Positions 13,345-26,674 of a stretch of DNA of 64,000 nucleotides are shown here, in pieces. Position 1 is the stretch's first letter. Every line of letters begins with the position of its first letter. Under the pieces are notes generated by a model. The model saw only the letters and a program-made list of their open reading frames with translations. It was not told the DNA's origin and did no database searches. The translations under genes and the position numbers were made by a program. The DNA comes from Squalus acanthias (taxonomy: Eukaryota), in contig CM059431.1 of the NCBI GenBank assembly GCA_030390025.1, forward strand, positions 155,374,001 to 155,438,000, in the 5' to 3' direction.

Positions 13345-13592
13345 TGGGGTGGGGCTAGGTCCGTGGATTTTCAGTGTCTGGCTGGGTGAGTGTTTTTTGT
13401 GCTGGTTGAGTGATGTGTCGGTGTTGGTTCTGGGCAGTGGGGTGTCGGTGTAGGGCTGTGTCAGTGGCGGGTGCGCGAAGGGCTGGGCCAGTGGGATTTC
13501 GATGTAGATCAGGGTCAGTGGGGTATCGCTGTTGGGTGAGTGAGGGTGTCGGTGCTGTGCTGGGTCAGTGAGGGTGTCGGTGTTGGGCTGGT
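13345..13592. repeat. Short copy of the 27-bp minisatellite
   Basis: gggtcagtgagggtgtcggtgttgggct units, cut by a CR1 insertion at 13593. Confidence 0.85.
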
Positions 13593-14123
13593 CATAGAAA
13601 CATGGAAAATAGGAGCAGGAGTAAGCCATTCAGCCCCTCGAGCCTGTTCCGCCATTTAATGAGATCATGGCTGATCATCCAAATTCAGTACCCTGTCCCT
13701 GCTTTCTCCCCATATCCCTTGATCCCGATAGCCTTAAGGAATATATCTCACTCCGTCTTGAATATATTTAATGAATTGGCCTCAACTGCCTTCGGTGGTA
13801 GAGAATTCCACAGGTTCACCACTCTCTGGGTGAAGAAATTCCTCCTCATCTCTGTCCTAAATTGCTTACCCCTTATCCTTAGACTGTGACCACTGAATCT
13901 GGACTCCCCCGCCATCGGGAACATTCTTCCTGCATCTAGTCTGTCTAGTCCTGTTAGACTTTTATAAGTTTCAATGAGATCCCCTCTCATTCTTCTAAAC
14001 TCTAGCGAATATAAGCCTAATCGACCCAATCTCTTTTCATACGTCATTCCTGCCATCCCAGGTATCAGTCTGGTGAATCTTCGCTGCACTCCCTCCATGG
14101 CAAGAACATTCTTCCTCAGATAA
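13593..14123 (-). mobile_element. CR1 3' fragment
   Basis: Minus-strand ORF MEGVQRRFTRLIPG...FFTQRVVNLWNSLP. Tail 'catagaaacatggaa'. Confidence 0.95.
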
Positions 14124-14699
14124 CGCGAGCAGTGGGGGGCTCGGGGCTGGGTGAGTTGGACGGATGAACAACAGCACGTGAATTATACAGGCTCGGTGAG
14201 AGGGCAAGCTCCAGGATACAGAGCCTCAATGCAATGAAAAAATGTATTTAAGATTAAGATAGATAAACCAGAGGAACAAAGGGTTTGGAAAATTCTGCTT
14301 ATAGGTTTAGATGAAGAGGGACGGGAGGAGGTTCGTGTAGAGTATAAACACAGGCTTGGACCAGTTGAGACGAATGGACTGTTTATGATCTTTACATTCT
14401 ATGTAATTCTCTGTATTAAAAAAGGGAAGTGACGGCGCTGCATTTTCTGAAGCAGTTTTGTAAAAGGAGAATAACGGAACCTTTGCTCTAATTCTGTAGC
14501 CTGCAACAAGCACCCCTCCGGTGGAACTGGGAGATTCCAGTCACCCAGCCAGAACACGTGGACTGTTTTGTGAAAGTTACATGTGTTTAACAGTCCCTGA
14601 AACATTAAACCACAAATGAGAGTCGTGTATTTCAGAGGAGAGAGTTTGATGAAAGGGATGCGCTCAGTTTAACACGCGGGTGAAGATTTAGACATTTTT

Positions 14700-15940
14700 A
14701 TCTCCATCTCCATCTCCAGCCTCACTTTTCCATTAATGTTTTGTCGCCTCCCGAATCTCTGCCCGTCTTTCTCACAACTCCATGTTTCAATCTCTCCAAT
14801 CGTGTTTCCGCTCCTGCCACAGCACTGAAATGGCAATAATCAAAGTCACAAATGAAACGTTCTATGATTGTGACCGTGGTAATTTATCCCTCCTCATTTT
14901 TCTTGACCTCTGCAGTCTTTGACACGGTCGAGCGCAACATCCGACAATGCCTCTCCCCCGTTGTCCAGCAGAATTGGAATGGCCTCGCTTGGTTCCACTT
15001 TTACTCATCCAGTCGTAACCAAGAATCTTCATCAAAAGTTTATCTTCCAGCTCCCACAATGTTAACACAGGTGTCCCCCATAGATCCCCCCTCGCCTTCG
15101 CCTATTTCTCATCTATGTGCTGCACCTTAGAGACATTATTCAAAGGCACGTGATCAGATTTCACATATATGCATTGTCTTCAAGCCCCCCGAGAATTATC
15201 TTCCCTTGTCAGGGTTCCATCCCCGTCCCAGCCAATGTCTCTGATTGAACCAGACTGCTGACAACCTCAGCATTCTATATGACGCCAAGCTGAGCTTCCG
15301 ACCCGCTATTCGCTGCACCAAAATGTCCGCCTCCTTCCACCTCTGTAACATTGCCCATCTTTATCCCTGCTTCAGCCCTTCTGCTGCTGAAACCCTCATC
15401 CATGCTTTTATCTCCTGTAGACTCGATTTTTCCAGTGCTCTCCGAGTCCGCTTTGCTGCTTTCACCCTCCGTATACTTGGGTGAATTCAAAATGCTGCTC
15501 ACCGATCACCCCTGTCCTTGCGAACATACATTGGCTCCCGGTCCACCAGCACCTCCAAATTAAAATTTTCATCCTTGTGTAAATCTCTTCATGGTCTTGT
15601 TCCTCCCTGTCTCTGCAACCTCCTCCAGCCCTACAAGCCCCCACCACCAAGGACACTCTGTTCCTCCGGCTCTGGGCCCGACTGCATTTTACCCTCCCCT
15701 CAGCCGATCCGTGCAAACTGTGCCGTTTCTCTGATCTGAAATTACCCTACTAAACATCTCCAGCTTCCTCCCCTCCTTTAAAGATGCTCATAAAATCGAC
15801 TTATTTGATTAAGCTTTTGGTCCACTTCTCCTTATACCTCCTTTATTCTGCGCCCATCTTTTGTCTGATACGGCTTCTGTGAAGCACCTCCGGAATTTTG
15901 TCGATGTTTAAATCGCTGTGGAAATGCACGTTGTTGTTGT
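14700..15940 (+). mobile_element. Degenerate L2 LINE 3' half
   Basis: Remnants FLTSAVFDTV and SAAETLIHAFISCRLDFSSAL. Tail '...aaatgcacgttgttgttgt'. Confidence 0.85.
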
Positions 15941-16044
15941 GACTTATGTGTTATCATACTTGGTATGAAGCAGCAGATAACTCAATTTTAAAAGGTCCCA
16001 GACTTAGTTCTATATTAATTCCGGAAAACAACTTCGACCGCCCC

Positions 16045-16750
16045 GCACTACAGCTATCCCACTTTTATTCCTCGCGTCCTGTGCAGCAGAACCACCCATG
16101 GTGCCAGGAAGTTGGTTGCTGCTGCTTTCCCCCGATAAGCCATCCTCCTCAACAATATCCAAATCTGTTTGAGAGGGGGATGGCCACAGGGCACCACTGC
16201 ACTACCGGTCTGCGCCTACTACTCTGCCTGGCGGTCACCAATTCCCTTCCTGTCTGTGCAGCCTTTACCTGCGGTGTGACCAACTCATTAAACGTGAGAT
16301 CCACGACGTCCTCACCATCGCGAATGTTCCAGTATGTATCAATTCGCAACTCCAGCGCAGCAATGCGGTATGCCAGCAGCTGCAGCTGGATACACTTCCC
16401 GTACACAGGAAGTGTCCCTGATTTCCCACATAGTGCAGGAGGAGCATGCCATGGGGCCGAGCTGTGCTGCCATGACTTTCCTTTAATTAGTTGAAATTAA
16501 ATTAAATCAAATCAATAACATTTATTACAGTACAATTAAATTATATAGTCAAGGGCCCTTGTTTACTAGCACTCCTCGCTACACAACAGAGACCTTGGAA
16601 ACTATAAACACAAAATTAAGACCTTCTAAACTTTATAAACTATTAACCTTAACTGTCAAACTATATAGTAGTGTAAATACTCACCTGGCCGTACTCACCC
16701 AATCAGCTGCTTCCTCTTGCCCGCGTCACTTTTTGAATCGTGACGTGGCT
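16045..16750 (-). mobile_element. CR1 5' UTR and ORF1 N-terminus, inverted relative to the adjacent 3' piece
   Basis: Minus-strand CSSCTMWEIRDT...GKCIQLQLLAYRIAALELRID matches the ORF1 Cys motif of the full-length CR1 at 26675. Confidence 0.9.
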
Positions 16751-16756
16751 CTGTGC

Positions 16757-17650
16757 TTTCAGGAGGATGCAGAGAAACTCCAGTATGATTTCGACAGTTT
16801 GGATGATTGGGCAGATGCATGGCAGATGCAGTATAATGTGGATAAATGCGAGGTTATCCATTTTGGTGGCAAAAACAGGAAGACAGATTATTATCTGAAC
16901 AGCAATAGATTGGAAAAAGGGGAAGTGCAACGAGATCTGGGAGTACTTGTGCACCAGTCGCTGAAAGTAAGCATGCAGGTGCAGCGGTCGGTTAAGAAGG
17001 CAAATGTTATGTTGGCCTTCATAGCGAGAGGATTCCAGTACAGGAGCAAGGATGTCTTGCGGCAGTTGTACAGCGCCTGGGTGAGACCACACCTTAAGTA
17101 TTGTGTGTAGTTTTGGTCGCCTTATCTGAGGAAATATGTTCTTGCCATGGAGGGAGTGCAGAGAAGATTTACCAGACTGTTACCTGGGATGTCAGGAATG
17201 ACGTATGAAGAGAGATTGGGTCGATTGGGCTTATATTCGCTGGAGTTTAGAAGAATGAGAGGAGATCTCATTGTAAGTTATAAAATTCCAACAGGAATTG
17301 ACAGACTGGATGCAGGAATGATGTTCCCGATGGTCGGGGATTCCAGAACCAGGGGTCACAGTCTAAGGATAAGGGGTAAGCCATTTAGGACTGAGATGAG
17401 GAGGAATTTCTTCACCCAGAGAGTGGTGAACCTGTGGAATTCTCTACCACAGAAGGCAGTTGAGGCTAATTCATTAAATATATTCAAGAAGGAGTTAGAT
17501 ATATTTCTTAAAGCTAAAGGTATCAAGGGATATGGAGAGAAAGCAGGGACAGGGTACTGAATTTGGATGATCATTAAATGACGGAGCAGGCTCGAGGAGC
17601 CGAATGGCCTACTCCGGCGTCTTTCTTCTATACTTCAATGCATCTATGGA
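16757..17650 (+). mobile_element. CR1 ORF2 C-terminal part and 3' UTR
   Basis: [16 protein letters not shown] and FFTQRVVNLWNSLP, followed by the 3' UTR. Confidence 0.95.
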
Positions 17651-17764
17651 ACGCCGCCGCTGTTCTGCGAGATTGGTAAGCGTCTGAAAAAAAGCCCATG
17701 AAAGTAAGTTTAAATACTCACTGTACCGTCTCTCTCTCTCCGCTCCGACACCGACCAGAAGGAA

Positions 17765-18690
17765 CTGGTCAGAGATGGATTTATCTGCGACTGACACGAA
17801 GGTAGTAGCGGGGCGACGAAAGATGGTAAGGTCGAGAAGTTGGCCGTAAATATGGGTTTGTGAGTTTACATGGAGGGAGAGATTAAGGGATGTAGCTTGG
17901 CAGTGAACTCAGTGGAGAGAGTGCATGATGAATTGAGATAGAGATTGAAATCACCTAGGATGACAAGTCGCGTTTTGCAGATGCTGAGGGAGGAGAGCAG
18001 TGAAGCTATCTCGGTGATAAAATCATAATGGTACAGGGGTGGGCGATAGAGAACGATAATTTTAAATGAGGTGAGAATTGTGGAATAAGGTGAGATTCTC
18101 AAAGGAGCAGTAACCTTCGGAGGAGTAGATGGTCAGACTAAGGTGTGATGTGGTAATGAGAGCTGCATTGCTGCCATGGTTGTTTGGGCTGGGAAGTTAT
18201 AGTGGGGAGGTTTCCTTTATGGGTAAGGCGTCATCACACCTCAGCCAAGTTTCCGTCAGTGCCATGATGTCGATGCAATCATCCACGATAAGCTAATTTA
18301 TTGTAAGGACCTTGCTCACAAGAGAATGGACATTCTGGATGGAGATGCGGAGAGGGTCGGTGATGTCTAACCGACTGCCAGTTTCCACAGGGTTAGCGCT
18401 TGGAGGGGCGAGTTGGACGGGAAGGAGATTGACAAGATTTTCCCCCAGCAGGCGCGCTGGGCGGGATTGTCATCTAAACGGTAGGATAATACATTTGGGG
18501 TTGCTGCTCGTGAGGAGGCAGCAACGAGTGCCACGGTGGGGGTTACGGAGGATGCCAATAAAGGCACAGAGGGAAGCTGTAGACTTATCTAAGAGGGGGT
18601 CAAGCCTGGGACTGCAGCAGGAGAGCAGTAAGGCCTATTTGTAATGAAGGGTTGGTGCAGGTATTTGGAAGGGCAGTGTCTAGTGAGAGG
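17765..18690 (-). mobile_element. L2 5' part (APE domain), paralog of 6070-6940
   Basis: KIIVLYRPP and LVILGDFN. Collinear with copy 1. Confidence 0.85.
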
Positions 18691-18694
18691 GAGG

Positions 18695-19815
18695 AATTAA
18701 AGAATTAAAGAAAATTAGTATTAGTAAAAGGATTGTGCTGGAGAATTTAACGTGACGGAAACTTGATAAATCCCCAGGGCCAGATAATTTGCCTCCCAGA
18801 GTACTAAATGAGGCAGCCATGTAAATAGTGAATGCATATTTTGATTTCTTCCAAAATTTTATAGATTATGGAATAGTTCCTGCAGATTGGAGGGTGGCAA
18901 ATGTAAACCAACAATTTAAAAAAAGGAGGGAGAGAGAAACCAGGGAACTGCAGACGGGTTAGCCTAACATTAGTAGTAGGGAACATGCTAGACTCTATTA
19001 TAAACGCTGTGATAAGAGTACACTTTGAAAATATCAACGGGATTAGACAAAGTCAACATGGATTTATGAAAGGGAAATCGTGTTTGTCAAACCTACTGGA
19101 GTTTTTGAGGATGTAACTGATAGAATAGTTAAGGGAGAAGCAGTGGATGTGGTGTATTTGTATTTTCTGAAGGCCGTTAATTAAGTCCCACATAAGAGGT
19201 TATTGTGCAAAATTAAAGCACATGGGATTGGGGTTAATATACTGGCATGGATTGAAAATTGGTGAACAGACAGGTAACAGAGAACAGGATTAATGGATCT
19301 TTTTCGCGGTGGCAGGCGGTGACTAGTCTCCCTACCGAAGGTTCACCAGACTGAATCCTGGGACGGCAGGACTGTCGTATGAGGAGAAATTGGGTCGACT
19401 AGTCCTGTATTCATTAGAGTTTAGAAGAACGAGAGGGGATCTCATTGAAACGTGTAAAATTCTGACCGGTCTAGACAGGCTGGATGCAGGGAGGATGTTT
19501 CCCCTGGGGATAAGGAACTAGGCGTTACAGTATCAGGATAGGGAGTGGGACATTTAGGACTGAGATGAGGAGAAATTACTTCACTCAGAGGGTGGTGAAC
19601 CTGTGGAATTATCTACCACAGAAGGCTGTGGAGGCCATGTCACTGAATATATTTAAGAAGGAGATAGATATCTTTCCAGGCACAAAAGGCATCAATGGTT
19701 TTTGGGAGAGAGCAGGAATACGGTATTGTAGTAGTGTATCAGCCATAGTCATATTGAATGGCGGAGCAGTCTCGAAGGTCCGAAAGGCATACTCCTGCTC
19801 AATGTTTTTTCTATG
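18695..19815 (+). mobile_element. Degenerate CR1 with an internal deletion at ~19330
   Basis: RT N-terminal remnant joined directly to the C-terminal RRNYFTQRVVNLWN and 3' UTR. Confidence 0.9.
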
Positions 19816-20180
19816 TGTATCCGAGAAAGGACAGATGGAAGGAGTCATGAAGACAGGAGAGAGCGATCAGGGAGGGGTAGAGAGAACAGGAAAAGAGAGG
19901 AGAAAAAAGTGGATATAGATGTGAACAGCTCCGGTCCGCAGCGCCAGCCAACATGCACACGCAAGATCAGCGGGCATCACTGGATATCACTGGGGTGCTG
20001 TCTTCGTCACACCTGGTGTGGAGAGTTGCTCGTAACACTCTGGAAATTCTCGATCCCGGAGCTAACAGCTGTTGTACTGATGGGGGAGGAGGGACTTGAT
20101 ACCATGTTTAACAAGGCAACGTTCGCCTTCTCATTTTATTTTTTCATCTAACCCTCCTGATAATATTATACTTATTACAG

Positions 20181-20282
20181 AGGATCAGAATCCTGGAAGG
20201 CCTTACACCATCATCGCTGAAGGTCCAAACAGGGGAGAAGATCGTTTTAAGAAAAGGAGCATGAACAGGCGCAAGGACACAG
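20181..20282 (+). CDS. Putative coding exon Y2 (102 nt, phase 1-1): DQNPGRPYTIIAEGPNRGEDRFKKRSMNRRKDT
   Basis: Acceptor 'atacttattacag|' and donor 'ACAG|gtatgt'. Gap-free paralog of Y1. Confidence 0.62.
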
Positions 20283-20419
20283 GTATGTTCACAAAATACA
20301 TTAAAATATAATTTCTGTCCTGATCAAGGGTCCAGGTCTAATGCAAGAAACAGTAGCTCACACAGGAAGAGGGAACAGGACAAGGACTGGGCAGAAAGAG
20401 GGAACTGAGTGACTTTCTA

Positions 20420-23400
20420 GAGGGACACCGCAGTCACAGGTGGAGGGACACTCTGAGTACTGGAACTTGCAAATAGATAACCTGGTATTGGAGACTGCAA
20501 GGTGGATAGAGACAGCGACTCATGTGAGGGACTTCCTGTGAAACAGTGTGATACCAGCGAGCAGGAGACCACCCGGTGTATATTGAGAGGCAGGTGTGGC
20601 ACAGGAAAAGGAGATCAATATTGGTGGGAAATTCCATTGTCAGGGGAAAAGACAGACTCGCCTGCAGCCCAGAGCAAGTGACGAATGGTAAGATGACTCC
20701 CTGGAGCCAGAGCGAAGAACATCCTGGAATAGGTAGTAACATCTCTGGGAAGGAAAGGAGAGCAGAAATTACCCATGGTCGGAAGCAATAACACGGATAG
20801 AAATAAGTTTCTAGAGGGAATATTGAGACTGAGGCAGTAGACTAAAGACAAGGCCGCAAGGTGTTGATGTCTGGATTGATTTGCACTGGGCTGCATAATG
20901 AGGGAAATATGAGGCAGGCCAATATGGGGCTGCTTGGCTGGAGTAGCAGGGAAGGGTTCACCTTGATGGGGCACTAGAATGAGTTGGGGGAGAAGGGAAG
21001 GGACGGCCGCGATCTGAACACGCCAACAACAACGGTTTTACAGAAGAGGTGAATGGAGCAGTGGGAAGGGTACCAGCTGATATGACTGTAGGGTGGGAAT
21101 TATCTGCTTCTGAGGCTACAGAGCTGAATTAATAAAACTGTTGGAGCTGAAAGAGAATAGTTATGAATTAGTGAAAAATTATTAGCAGGAAAAAGGAAGG
21201 TTGTTTTCGAGTAGTGAGAGATGAAGTACCTTGGTTTAACAAAATGCAAAATAAAAATGGGTCAACATTCCAACGAATTGGAATTAGGATTGACTGTTGT
21301 GCCTGTAAATATACAAATAATTCCAAAGACATTTGAAAAGTCACAGGCTGAGAGACGTGATTTTGTATCTATAGGACAGGGTCTGAGTTTTCACTGGACG
21401 CTGATTCATGTTCCTTGTCAAAACATTTTGAGGAGAGAGAAAAATAATTGTGAACGCTAGAATTAATAAAGTGTTCCAGGATCGCGCTAGAACAGCAGCA
21501 AAACACTTGCATTTTTATAGCATCTTTAACATAGTAAAACGTTCCAAGGCATTTCACAGGAGCGACTATCAAACAACATGTGTCACCAAGCCACATAAGG
21601 AAGTATTCGGAAAGGTGATCAAAAGCTTATTTAAAGAGGAAAGTTTTACGGAGCATCTCAAAGGAGGAGAGAGATGTTTTGAACAGAAGAAGGTTCCTGG
21701 GGGCTATATTAAGATAGAAGAGGCGCATTTTAAAAGATACTATTACACATATTGAATAATTCTTTCGAAAAAGGTGTCATGCCACAGGATTAAAGGATGG
21801 CTAACTTTCTATCTATATTTAAGAAGGGAGATAGAACATATCCAGGAAACTATAGACCAGGCAGCTTAACACCAGTCGTAGGAATATTAATGGAATCTGT
21901 ACTGAAAGTGGAAATAGCAAAACATCTGGAAACTAAAAAAAGAATAATGAATCGTCAACATGGATTTCAAACGGGAAAATCTTGATTCACCAGCAATACT
22001 TGAATTCTTTGAAGGGGAAACAAAGACAGTAGCCATGGGTAATGTAAAATATGTAATATATCTATATTTCTAAAAGGCATTTGATAAGTTACCACATAAT
22101 AAACTAACGAATAATGTGAAAGCATGAGGTGTCGGGGGAGAAGCAGACGTAATGTAGCGAGGTGGCGGCATACAGAAATCAGATAGTAGGGGTAAAGGGT
22201 AGCTATTCAGAGTGGCAGAAGGTGGATAGTGGTGTTCCACAAAGATCAGTGCTGGGACCACTGTTGTTCACCATTTATATTAACGATGTAGACTTTGGAA
22301 TCAAAAACACAATTTTGTAAGTTTGAGTACAACAACAAATTTGGAGGAATAGTCTGTACTGAGGAGGACTGCAACACATTACAGGAAGAAATTAATAAAC
22401 TTTAGAATGGGCATATCGTTCGCAGCAGAATTTCAACCTAGATAAGTGTGATGTATTTTATTTCGGTAAGAAAAGTAAGGAGGTCACATATTACTTAGAA
22501 ATTAAGAATCTATTAGGGGTAGAGGAGCAAAGGGATCTCAGAGTACAAATACGCAAATCATTAAAAGTTACAACGCAGGTCAATAATGCCATAACTAAAT
22601 CAAACCAAGCACTAGGTTTATTTGTAGAGGGATAAAATTGGAAAGTAGAGAAGTCATGCTAAACTTGTATCGCACATTGGGTAGATCACAATTAGAATTC
22701 TTTTTATAGTTCTGGTCGCCATATTATAGAACAAGCATATAGAGGCACTGGAGTAGGTGTAAAAAAGATTTACAAGGATGATAACAAAACTGCGACATTA
22801 TACCTGTCAGGAAAGGTTGAACAGTCTGGGCCTCTTTTCTCCTGAAAAGAGAGGTTTGCGGGGTGACGTAATAAACATCTTTAAAATTATGAAAGGTTTT
22901 GATACAGTAGACAGAGTGTTTCCACTTGTGTAGAAGAGCAAAACTTGAGGCCATCAGTATAAGATAGTAAACAAGAAATCAAATAGGAAAATCAGAATAA
23001 ACATCTTTAGCCAGAGAGTGGTGAGAATGTGGAACTCGCTACTACAGGGAGTGGTTGAAGGTACAATATAGATACATTTAAAGTAGGGCTAGATATGCTT
23101 ATGAGGGAGAAGGGATTAGAGGGTTATGCTGATAGTTAGATGAGGAAGGATGGGAGGAGGCTCGAATGGAGGATGAATGAACTGGTTGGGCCGAATGGCC
23201 TGTTTCTGTGCTGTATAGTTGTAATTCTATGTAATCCATATGTACACAGTTAAGCAGTAAGAAAGGAAATAACAATATTACCCCTAATTTTTTTTGGATG
23301 CGGCTCCCTTTAACGAGTTGCAGCGCCCATTCACAATTTCGCGTTCGTACCAAATCTACCATAGAAAAGCCGGTAAGCTGCCTGTGCGGCATCTCCAGAT

Positions 23401-23890
23401 CGGTGCGCGGTCGTCCAGTTGAGGTGTGTTAGTGGAGGAGTTGGGGGATACTCGTGGAGGCTGAAGTTTTGGGGAGATACAACATATTTCCTTTGATGGT
23501 GAAAGTGAAAATGTTGATGTAATGGAGAAGGATGTGGGTCTATAGTTCGTGATCACTGTCGAGAAGGATTTGGATCTGAGTAAAATAGCCGATGTGGATA
23601 AGTCACTGGAACCAGAGATAATGCACCCCAGGCTGTTAAAGTAAATCACAGGGGAAGATAAAAGGGACTCTGATCACAAATTTTCAATCCTCATATAATA
23701 TCAGAAAAATACAAGTGGGCTGCAAGAGCCCAAACAATGTCTCTTTTAAAATGGGGAGAGAGGATCAGCGGGTAACTGGAGACCAATTAGCCTGTTATTT
23801 GTGAGCAAACTCTTCGAATCTGTAACTCCAGGTTGAATCAGTGATTATTTAGAGATAAAGGGGAGGCTGGAACAGATTAGCTTTAGAAAA
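20420..23890 (+). mobile_element. Ancient degenerate CR1 pieces with an L2 tail (copy 3 of the unit)
   Basis: RRSILVGNSIVRG and FKKGDRTYPGNYRPGSLT...QHGF. Paralogous to 9240-12700. Confidence 0.85.
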
Positions 23891-24429
23891 GTTGTATTTG
23901 ACGAATTTGATGCAGCTTTACTGAGACTTGTCTGTATAGATCTGACATAGAAAGCAACCATCAACCGTGTGGTTTCTGAGCTACATTGACTCCCGATCCC
24001 GCACCATCTCGATTTAAAAATTATCATCTTTGATTTCAAATTCCTCCATGGTCTCGCCACTCCCTATCTCTGTCACCTTCTCCAACCCTAAATCCTCGAG
24101 GTCTCTGCGATCATCCAATGCTGGCCTGTTTTGCACATCCCAGATTTTAATCACTCCGCCATTGGAGGCCCTGCCTTCTACTGCTCTAAAGCCTGGAATT
24201 CCCTCTTTCTCCTTTTAGATGCTCCTTAAAACCTACCTCTTTGACCAAGCTTGTGGTCACCCGGCCTATTAAGTGGCTCGGTGTCAAATTGTGTTTGTTA
24301 ACGCCCCTGCGAAATGACTTGGAACATCTTATTACGTAGAAAAGGCTATCTAATTGAAAGCTGCTATTGTGGAGACTGTAATCTTGCCTCAGCATCCCGA
24401 TAAGTCGGGTATTTGGCTATTATACCCAG

Positions 24430-24525
24430 CCAGCATCTTTGCTGCACGCCATGTCATTCGGAATCAGCCCGTGGATCCTGCAGATACTTTAAAGGACATG
24501 CAGCATGTTTGCAATATTCTGCCAG
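24430..24525 (+). CDS. Putative exon X3 (96 nt): SIFAARHVIRNQPVDPADTLKDMQHVCNILP; donor degenerate
   Basis: Acceptor 'ttatacccag|'. Gap-free open paralog of X1/X2. The donor position reads 'CCAG|gctatg' (poor) and the frame stays open beyond it. Confidence 0.3.
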
Positions 24526-24599
24526 GCTATGTACAGTGCCATCATGTGGGCCCCATGCACTTGGGTACTCTTCTGTCAGACACGGTGCACTGCCATCCT

Positions 24600-25230
24600 G
24601 TGGGGTGGGGCTGGGTACGTGGATTGTCAGTGTCGGGCTAAGTCAGTGGGGTGTCAGTGTGGGGCTCGGTCAGTGGGGTGTCGCTGTAGGGCTGGGTACG
24701 TGGATTCTCAGTTTAGGTGTGGGTCAGAGTGGTTTCGGTGTGGGGCTGGGTCAGTGTGGTGAGGTGTGGGGCTGGGTCAGTGGGGTTTCGGTGTCGGGCT
24801 GGGTCACTGGGGTGTCAGTGTGGGGCTGGGTCACTGGGGTGTCGGTGTGGGGCTGGGTACGTGGATTGTCAGTGTAGGGGTGGATCAGTGGACTTTCTGT
24901 GTGTTGCTGGTTCAGTGGGGTGTCCGTGTGGGGCTGTGTCAGTGGGGTGTCAGTGTGGGGCTGGGTCAGTGGGGTGTCGGTTTGGGCCTGGGTACGTGGA
25001 TTGTCAGTGTAGGGGTGGGTCAGTGTGGTGTCGGTTTGGGAAAGGTTCAGTTGGGTGTCGGTGTGTGGCTGGGTCAGTGGGTGTCGGTGTGGGGCTGCGT
25101 CAGTGGGGTTTCGGTGTGGGGCTGGGTCAGTGGCGTGTTAATGTGGGGCTGGGTCCGTGGGATGTCGATATGGGGCTGAGTCAGTGGGGTGTCGGTGTGG
25201 GGCTGTGTCAGAGGTATGTCGCTGTGCGGC
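24600..25230. repeat. 27-bp minisatellite, third copy
   Basis: gggtcagtggggtgtcggtgtggggct units. Confidence 0.93.
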
Positions 25231-26674
25231 GATGTCTGTGGGACGGATAAACAACAGCACATGAACTATACAGGGTCGGTGAGAGGGCAAGGTCCAGGTT
25301 ACGGAGCCTCCCTGCAAAGAAATTTTGTACTTAAGGGTTAGAAAGTTTAAAAAAAGGTAGAATGAAATTGGAAGATTTTGCTGATAGGTTTAGATGAAGA
25401 GGGACGGGAGGAGACTCAGGTGGAGTATAAACACAGGCATGGACTAGTTGAGACGAATGGTGTGTTTCCGAGCTGTACTATCTAAGTCATTCTCTATCTT
25501 TAAAAATCAGAATTGACGGCGCTACATTTCCTGAAGCAGTTTTTTTAAAGGAGGTCTCGGAAGCTTGCTCTAATTCTGTAACTTGCAACAAACAAAGCTT
25601 CCCTGTGGAACTGGGAGATTCCAGTCGCCCAGCCAGTGCACGTGGAATATTTTGTGTAAATGAAATGAGTTTAACAGTCCCTGTACCATTAAGACACAAA
25701 TGAGACTTGTGTATTTCAGAGGAGAAAGTTTGATCAAAGGGGTGTACCTTGTTAAACACGTGTGTGAAGAGTTAGACATGTTTATCTCCATCACCAGCCG
25801 CCCTTTCCCATCAATGTTTTGTCGCCTCCCGAATCTCTGACCATCTTTCTCACAACTCCATCTTCGAATCTCTCCAATCGGGCTTCCGCTCCTGCCACAG
25901 CACTGAAATGACAATAATCACAGTCATTAAAGAAACGTTCTTGGACTGTGACCGTGGTAAATTATCCCTCCTCATTATTCTTGAGCTCTTCAGTCTTTGA
26001 CACGCTCGAGCGCAACATCCGCCAAAGCCTCTCCCCCGTTGTCCAGCTCAGTGGGGCTGCCCTCGCTTGGTTCCACTCACCCATCCTGTCGTTTACAGAG
26101 AATCTTCATAACGGGCTTCTCTTCCCTCTCCCGCACTGTTACCCTGGAGTCCCCCATAGATCCCTCCTCGCCCACTCATATTTCTCATCTATATGCTGCC
26201 CATTGGAGACATTATACGAAGACAAGTGTTTAGCTTTCACATGAGTGCAAGTCAGCAGAGCGTGCTGTGAGTTTGGGTAAGTGGGAATAGTTCTTTAATT
26301 GATAGTTCTCTTTAAATCATTCTTGATAAGAGTACTTAAGCAGTTTAAGTGAAGGAGAAAAGTTAACTATTTGGGATTCTGTTGGTTTAAGAAGATAAAA
26401 CAAGGTGACACTGCAGCAGCAGTAAATTGACACAGCAGGCAGTGGAAACCAGTTTTCTAATCAATCAGCAGGGGTCAAAGTCAGAGGGCGAGGCCAATTC
26501 ATTGGGACCCGTATATAGGTGGAGCTGTTGCTAAACCCGAGAGACTACACTAGTAGTGTCTCCCACCCTCCCACCTCCTCTAACCTTTAGGGGTAGAGGG
26601 AATTTAAAAGGTAGGTTCGATTTATATTTTGTTTTCAGGGACTTCACTTAATAAAGTAATATAAGGGTTAAGTC

